Under the pieces are notes generated by a model, which ran no database searches, was not told the DNA's origin, and saw only the letters and a program-made list of their open reading frames with translations. Of a stretch of DNA of 64,000 nt, positions 51,134 through 64,000 are shown piece by piece. The position numbers were made by a program, and so were the translations under genes. Position 1 is the stretch's first letter, and each line of letters opens with the position of its first letter. The DNA is taken from the NCBI GenBank assembly GCA_033442325.1, contig JAWQFM010000024.1, positions 1,074,941 to 1,138,940 on the forward strand, given 5' to 3'. The stretch comes from Salpingoeca rosetta (lineage: Eukaryota; Protista; Choanoflagellata).

Positions 51134-52204
51134 TTGTCTGACGCGGACGCCATCAACGCAGTGATGGGTCACAGTGCAGTGGACCGCCTGCAAACGAAGA
51201 GCAACCACAACACTGGCAACTCCGATGTGCGCGTGCTCAGAATGCGTTCGTGCACCACCATTGCAGAAGATGACGAGGGCGAAGACTGCGAGTGCAATGA
51301 AGACGCTGGTGACATGCGCTCCGATGCCGCACCATCTTCGCAGGCTTCCAGCTTCCACGGATGCGCTCACGATGGCGGGCGGGCCGTGCGCGGCACTGGG
51401 GCGCGCGAAACCCCGGCGCACCCGCATCACGTGGACAGCAAGCATGGCGATGATGATGGTGCCGACGAATATGAGGGGGAGGATGAGGATGACTTTGCCG
51501 GCCTGGCGGATCTCATGGGACAAGGGAGTGGTGGTAGCGGTGGTGATAGCGGGAAGGTGACAGCGCATGCGGCAGAAGAGCGTGGCAGCACAGCCATGGC
51601 AGCGACCGAAAGTCAGGGCACACAGTCCGAACGTCCAGCACGCCCCAGCATCAGCGTGCCGGAGCTGCCTCCTCGCGTGTACGAGTGGAGCAAGCTGAAG
51701 GCTGCTTCGCCGCGTCGTCGAGGGTCATCTCCCTGGGAAATGCTGCGCAAACCGCTGCAGCGGCTGCGCCGGTCTATGTCGCGGCAGCCGCAGCGCGGGC
51801 GGCGTGCGAGCGCGCCTGCCCTGGGCCGAACGACCATGGCCTCGACGGCATCGGACGTGGATGACGTGGATGAGGATGATAGCAGCAACGCCACCAGCAA
51901 CGCCACCAGCAATGCCACCAGTCACAACGCCAGCAAGAGGGCCAGTGAAGAGTTCGGCACTGCCACAACCACAAGCGCCAAAAGCAAGCGCCCCAGCCGC
52001 AAGCACGAGGAGCCAGTGTATGCGGTTGTGAGCAAGCTCCACCACCGCGGTGATGGGCGGAGCCCACCAAAGTACGCCATTGCCATGGTGGACGATGACG
52101 AGGACGAGATGCTCCGTCTCGCTGCTCGCCTGCAGCTGGGTACGGGCGCCCTTGGTGGCGACGATGACGACAACGACGGCGGCTATGCAACCATTCGCAT
52201 TTAA
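50825..52204 (+). CDS. Hypothetical single-exon disordered protein with phospho-motifs
   Basis: Long GC-rich open frame with a poly-Asp tract and no microsatellites. First ATG at 50825 (MPRGRRSRAVSAP); ends DGGYATIRI*. Confidence 0.75.
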
Positions 52205-52902
52205 TGTGTGTGTGTGTGTGTGTGTATGCGTAGATGCGCGCGCGTGTGTGTGAACGGGCGTGTGTGTGTATGTGTGTGTGTGGTTGCTTCAGTGGTTGCT
52301 TCTCTGCTTTGTCTGCATGCATGCTTTCAGCTGTTTTGCCTTGAGAAACCCGCACGTGTCACGACCATGCATTTGGTGTGTGTTTTGTGTTTTTGTTTGT
52401 GCGTTGTGCTCCTTCGAGGGGATGGAAGATGTTCTTCCACTCGCGCTCATCTTCGCCAGTTGTGCTGCCGGAGAAACTGATATCGCGACCATCAGTCTTT
52501 CATGCTTTCTGCCTGTTCTGTCGTTCAGTTGGAACTGTCACAAGTCATCCATCGGCAGCCATTGGCCAGTAAACCAGCACATGGAGCTAGACATATTGGC
52601 GTCTCTGAACAAGCAAAGGCAAATGCACAGCAAAGCAGCACGACAACCAGACAACCTGCTCATTTGTTGTCTGTCTGTCTCTGTGCGCGCGTGCATGTGT
52701 GTGTGTGTGTGTCTGTCTCTGTCTCTCTCTCTCTCTCGCTGTCTCTCTGCCTGGCTTTGGACACGTACATCTCTCAGCAAGCCACCGGAAGCGCACCACC
52801 ATCAGCACCAAGACAATCCTACCATCCTTTGGGCTCATAAGCTCAGGAGTTGTTGCTGTGATGACTCATCAACGAGCACAACACCAGAAGACAACAACGG
52901 TG

Positions 52903-58961
<6,059 letters not shown>

Positions 58962-59121
58962 CCTAGATTGCAACACCATAAATTGATCAACACAAAAACC
59001 TGCTAAACACGTTTGAGCGGACGACGCGGCGGCTGGCAGTCGAGAAGAAGAAGAAGAAGAAGAAGAAGAAGAGAGCAGGAGAAGCGAAGCACCACCAACA
59101 CACCCCACACCAACCCGAGAG

Positions 59122-59916
59122 ATGAGCAGTGGCAAGTCTTCTTTGGGCGGTGGGGCGATGCGCGCCACGCTGAGGCGAAAGAACACAGAGATGGTGGCCC
59201 CTCACGCTGCAGCCAGTGGCAGTGCGCAGGCGGAGGTGGAGCTTGTGCCGACCTCTCCCAGCCTGCCGCGCGTTCGTGTGCGAGGAGGACCGGCAGATCC
59301 CATCTGCATCGGCCGATCGGAAGGTGATGGATGCCTCAAGTGTCGTTCGTGTCTTCGTGCGTGTGTTTGTCAACAATGTTCATTTGGCTGGCTGGTGGGC
59401 TGATTGTGCCGCGCGCGTGTGTGTTTGATGTACAACAGCAGCAGGCACACTCGTACTGCCGCTCGTAGGCACTTCGTATTGCATACGACACACTGACACA
59501 CATGCGCCTTGTTCCCAACTGTCCTTTTTCTGTCCATCCTTGCAGCATGCGATACGACCATTGAAAACCCATACCTCTCCGGCACCCACTGCCACCTCAA
59601 GTTGTCGGATGGCAAGCTCTTCCTCAAAGGTGTGGTGTTGTGTGGTGTGGTACTATGTTGTATGGTGTGTTGAACGTGCGTTTGCGTGCGGGGTGGTCTT
59701 GCGCTTGTACTTGACACTCCTCAATCTTCTCTGCACGTCGGCGTTTTGCGATTCAGATACAAGCTCCAACGGCACGCAAGTGGAAGGAAAGCTGGTGCAG
59801 CGTGACGCCTGGACAGAAGTGAAGCGTGGCGACGAAATCACCCTCGTCACAGAGACACCCACCACAGCAGCGGTATGCGTGTGTGCGTGTGCGTGTGCGT
59901 GTGCGTGTGCGTGTGC

Positions 59917-59962
<46 letters not shown>

Positions 59963-61369
59963 ATGTGCGCGCGTGTGTGTGTGCGTATGTGTGTGTGTGT
60001 GTGTGTGTGCGTGCGTATGTGTGCGTGTGCGCGTGTGTGTATGCGTTTCATTGGGGGGGGGGGAACTTGTGGAAATGTTTGGTCTCTGTTGGTGCTCATG
60101 ACCCCCTGTGGTTGACGATACTTGACCTGCGATGCTGTTGTCGGTGCGAATCGCCGTTCCTCACCACTCCTCGACATGCAGGTGTCGTTCCTAGCACGCT
60201 ACCGCCGCACACCGCAAGCGACAGCGCCACAACAGGCGGATGGCAATACAGAGGAGGAGGAAGTAGAGGAATTGGAGAGGAGGGCGCCAGCAGCAGACGT
60301 TGAAGACGCGCCGCCGGCCAAGAAGAGCAAAACAGAGCACCCGTCCTCGGTTCAAGGTGGCGATGGCGGTGGTGGCGGCGATGATGAAGCACCAAGCGGT
60401 GCCACCACAGCGACCACGACTGCCTCCACTGCACCAGCGACAGCAGAGGAGCGGGGAGGAAGCGGTGATGCGATGGTCACCACCGCAGATGGTGATGGGG
60501 ATGATGCTGACGATGAGGAAGGACACATCGGCGCTGGTGGGCACGAGAACGATCAAGCAGCTTCAACAGCAACAGCAACAGCAACAACAGCACCAGCAAC
60601 AACAGCAACAGCAACAGCAGGTACGATAGGCACGAGCAGCACCCTGACTGCAGGCGCTTCAGACAGCGATACAACAACAACAGCAACAGCAGGAACAACA
60701 GCAGCAACAGCAGGAACAACAGCAGCAACAGCAGGAACAGCAACAACAGCCGTATCAAGCAACGGTGGCGAGGAGGAGGAGGAAGAGGACGACATGGAGG
60801 AGAATCTGCTGTGCTCCATCTGTCGGGATGTGTTGCACGACGCGGCGTCGCTGCTGCCGTGCCTGCACACCTTCTGCGCCGGCTGCTGCTCGCAGTGGCT
60901 CACCTCCAACTCAACCTGCCCAGACTGCCGCGTCAACGTCAGGAAGATGCGCAGGTGAGCACGTGTTTGCGCTCCTATTTCCTGCTGCTGGTGCCGAGCA
61001 ATGCTGGTTTGGTGGTGGTGGTGGTGGTGGTGGTGGTGGTGTGTGTGTGTGTGTGTGTGTGTGCGTGTGTGCATACATGTGTACTTGTGCGCATTTGTGT
61101 GTGTATGTGCCTTTGTATGCATGCGTGTGTGTATTGTGTGTATGTGCGTGTGTTTTGCTGCTGTCATCTTCATCCTCACCTCGCCCATGTGCTCGTGCAT
61201 GTGTGCGTGCAGGAATCACTTGGTGAACAATCTGGTTGGCGTGTACCTCAAGTCCCACCCAGACAAGAAGCGCGACGCCGCCGACATTGCCACCCTCGAC
61301 GCAGCAAACCAGGTGCCACAACCACCATGCGTGTGTGTATGTGTGCGTGTATGTGCGTGTGTGTGTGTA

Positions 61370-61413
<44 letters not shown>

Positions 61414-61547
61414 CGTGTGTGTGCGTGCGTGTGTGTGTGTGTGGGGGGGGGGGTTGTGTGTATGTGTGTTTGTGTGCGTATTCCATGTGTGTGAGGTTGA
61501 CACACATGGTAACCAAATGATCGTCCCTTTTCCACCTTCACCTTCAC

Positions 61548-61581
<34 letters not shown>

Positions 61582-62867
61582 GTCATCACCACCAGTTAAA
61601 GGTGCGCGGGAAGGATGAGTTGCGGTTCTCAGCGCGGCGCCGCGGGTGGCGTGACGACGATGACTATGACGACGACGACGACGACGACGACTCGAATGAC
61701 GATGACGATGATGGTGACTTTGACGGCGGTCGTGGCGGGCGTGTTGGACGGTACGGTGTGCGCATTGGCGGGTTTGGGATGAGCTTTTCGTTTGCCCCGG
61801 CGCCTGTGGCCCTGCCACCGCCGCGGTGTGCTGCGTGCGATGACGCCAGCACCAACGTCATGAACTTTCGCTGCAGCGGGACTGGTGCAGCGCACATGCA
61901 GTGCACCGTGAGTCATGCTGTGGTGCTGTGGTGCTGTGGTGATGGTTGTTGTTGTGGTGGTACTGTGGTGTTGTGGCTGTTGTGGGACGGGGAGACTGTG
62001 GAAAGCATGGGGAACGGGGTGTCAGGCCTTTTTTTTTTTCTTTTTTTGGGATGGGGTCGCATGTTGTTGATATCAACGCTCATCACCACAACCATTGGCA
62101 CTCATGGTCGTTTGCGCATGTTGTTGCAGTGCTGCCGCACGTATTTCCCGCACCGCGACTTGATTGCGCCGTCTACCACCACAACGACAGCAGCAGCAAC
62201 AACAACAAGCACAGCAGCAACGACAACGACACCAGCAGCAACGACAGCTACAACACCTGGAGCAACAACCCCGCCCGTACCCGCGAGTACAGGCGATGAT
62301 GGCGATGGTGATACAACATCATCCACGACAACAGGACCTGCAGATGGCGATGGTGATGGTGATGGTGATGGCGGAGCATCATCGTCGTCACCACCACCAT
62401 CGTCAACAACAGCAGCTGCTGTATCAACGCCGCCACCGCCGGTCCACTGTAAGCGCCGTGTGCGCAGACACGTGACTGTACTGCCTGTGCCCATGTTGAG
62501 TTGGTATACTCACGCCAACGCCCCAATCCTCACCCCATCAAACACCCCATCAAACACCCCAACAAACACCCCATCAAACAACCGCTCCAACGACCATACT
62601 CACGCCCACTCCTAACCACCACCACCACCACCACCACCATAACCAGGTGCGCTGTGCTCGCGGCCGTTCTGCAATCTGTTCTGGACGCGCGGGTGCCGGG
62701 GACCGTGCACGGCACTCGGTGGCTGTCTCCGCCCGCTCCAGGGTAACACTCCCGCGTTGCTGCTGCTGCTGCTGCTGGTGGTGGTGGTGGTTTTTGTTCT
62801 GGACTTTTGGTGGATTGGAGCAAGACGCGGTGGTCGAACTGCAGAAGAAAAAGGGAGCACACGCGCG

Positions 62868-62955
<88 letters not shown>

Positions 62956-63797
62956 ACACACCAAACACACACACACACACACGCGCGCGCGCGCACGCAC
63001 ACACACACACACATTCACACTCACACCCATATTCACGCATGTTTTCAACAATGTGTTTTCCCTCCGCCAAAACGGCTGCAGACCTGACGCTGGTCAGCTC
63101 TGATCTGACTGCGTTTATCAACAGGAACACATACGAGTCGCAAGTCATGCGGGTGCGTTTGTGCTGGGTGTACCGAGGTGTTGCCGGCGTGGCCCTGATC
63201 CATGAAATGAGCTCTGTCTGAACACCTGCTGTCCTGCTGCTCCCTCGCATCACGGCAACAACACCACCATCGTCTCCTCCCCATCACCGACAACAAACGT
63301 CGTGTCGAGCCAACCTCACCCATTTCTTCTTCTTCTTCACCACCACCACCACCACCACCACCACCACCGCCATCACCGTCAGGACTACTTGCGCGAGAAG
63401 GGCATGACACCGCGGGACTTGCTGCTGACGTGCATTGATCGCGCTGCGTCTGGCGCCCTCACGGCGGCCGCCATTGGGCCCGTCTCCCGCTCCACCCCAA
63501 CGTGCAGGCAATGCGGCCTGCGGGTACGCTTGTCATTTGGAAGCTGGGGGGGGGGGGAGAAGGAGGGAAGAGAGAGGGGATAGGGAAGAGAGGGAGAGGG
63601 GTGCAGCTAGTGCGGTTTTGTGGTGTTTGGTTGTGGATTGTTTGAAAAGATAGAAGGAAATTTCCTTTCGACACTCACTCACACATGTATCTATCCAAAC
63701 ATACATTCATGTACATACCCACACGTGTACACACCGCAGGTGTTCAATGCGTTGGCGTATGAGTATCGCAAGGCCCTCCCCGCTTCCGACTTGCCTC
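59122..63797 (+). CDS. CHFR: CHFR E3 ubiquitin ligase (FHA, RING, Cys-rich); 3' end beyond the window
   Basis: FHA: IGRSE, LSGTHC, DTSSNGT. RING: [36 protein letters not shown], then [18 protein letters not shown]. Cys-rich: [43 protein letters not shown]. Confidence 0.95.
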
Positions 63798-64000
63798 GTG
63801 CGTTTTCATCACATGTACCATCGATCGCACAGCCAACGTCTCTTGCTCACACGCGCGTACAAACTTGTACACTCACACACACACACACGCACACACACAC
63901 ACACATACACACACACACACACTCACACACTCACACACACACGCACACTCACACGCACTCACACACTCACACACACACACACACTCACACACACACGCAC

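Overview
Intron-rich eukaryotic DNA with GC-rich exons and introns full of (GT)n/(CA)n microsatellites. Gene content and intron style suggest a choanoflagellate such as Salpingoeca rosetta (inference). Most ORF-track entries are microsatellite artefacts. Splicing by hand gives 12 genes: TMC channel (+, 5' end outside window), bacterial-type serine hydrolase/beta-lactamase (-), MsrA (+), a 19-kb SMCHD1 orthologue (GHKL ATPase to SMC hinge, -), an ARM+ankyrin tail-anchored protein (+), an intronless USP53/54-type deubiquitinase (+), IMPACT (+), two paralogous type II membrane mucin-like genes sharing an unrecognised Cys-rich domain (one ends in a SUEL lectin, -), an intronless disordered phospho-motif protein (+), VIPAS39/SPE-39 (+) and CHFR (+, 3' end outside window). 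Main oddities: SMCHD1 and VIPAS39 outside animals; a ~190-nt alien-looking patch over the hydrolase catalytic motif; complementary intronic repeats that may guide splicing; the Cys-rich/mucin/lectin pair; and very short gaps between co-oriented genes. There are four N gaps, and a duplication at 54.6-57 kb that is probably an assembly artefact. All protein assignments come from recalled motifs; no searches were run.
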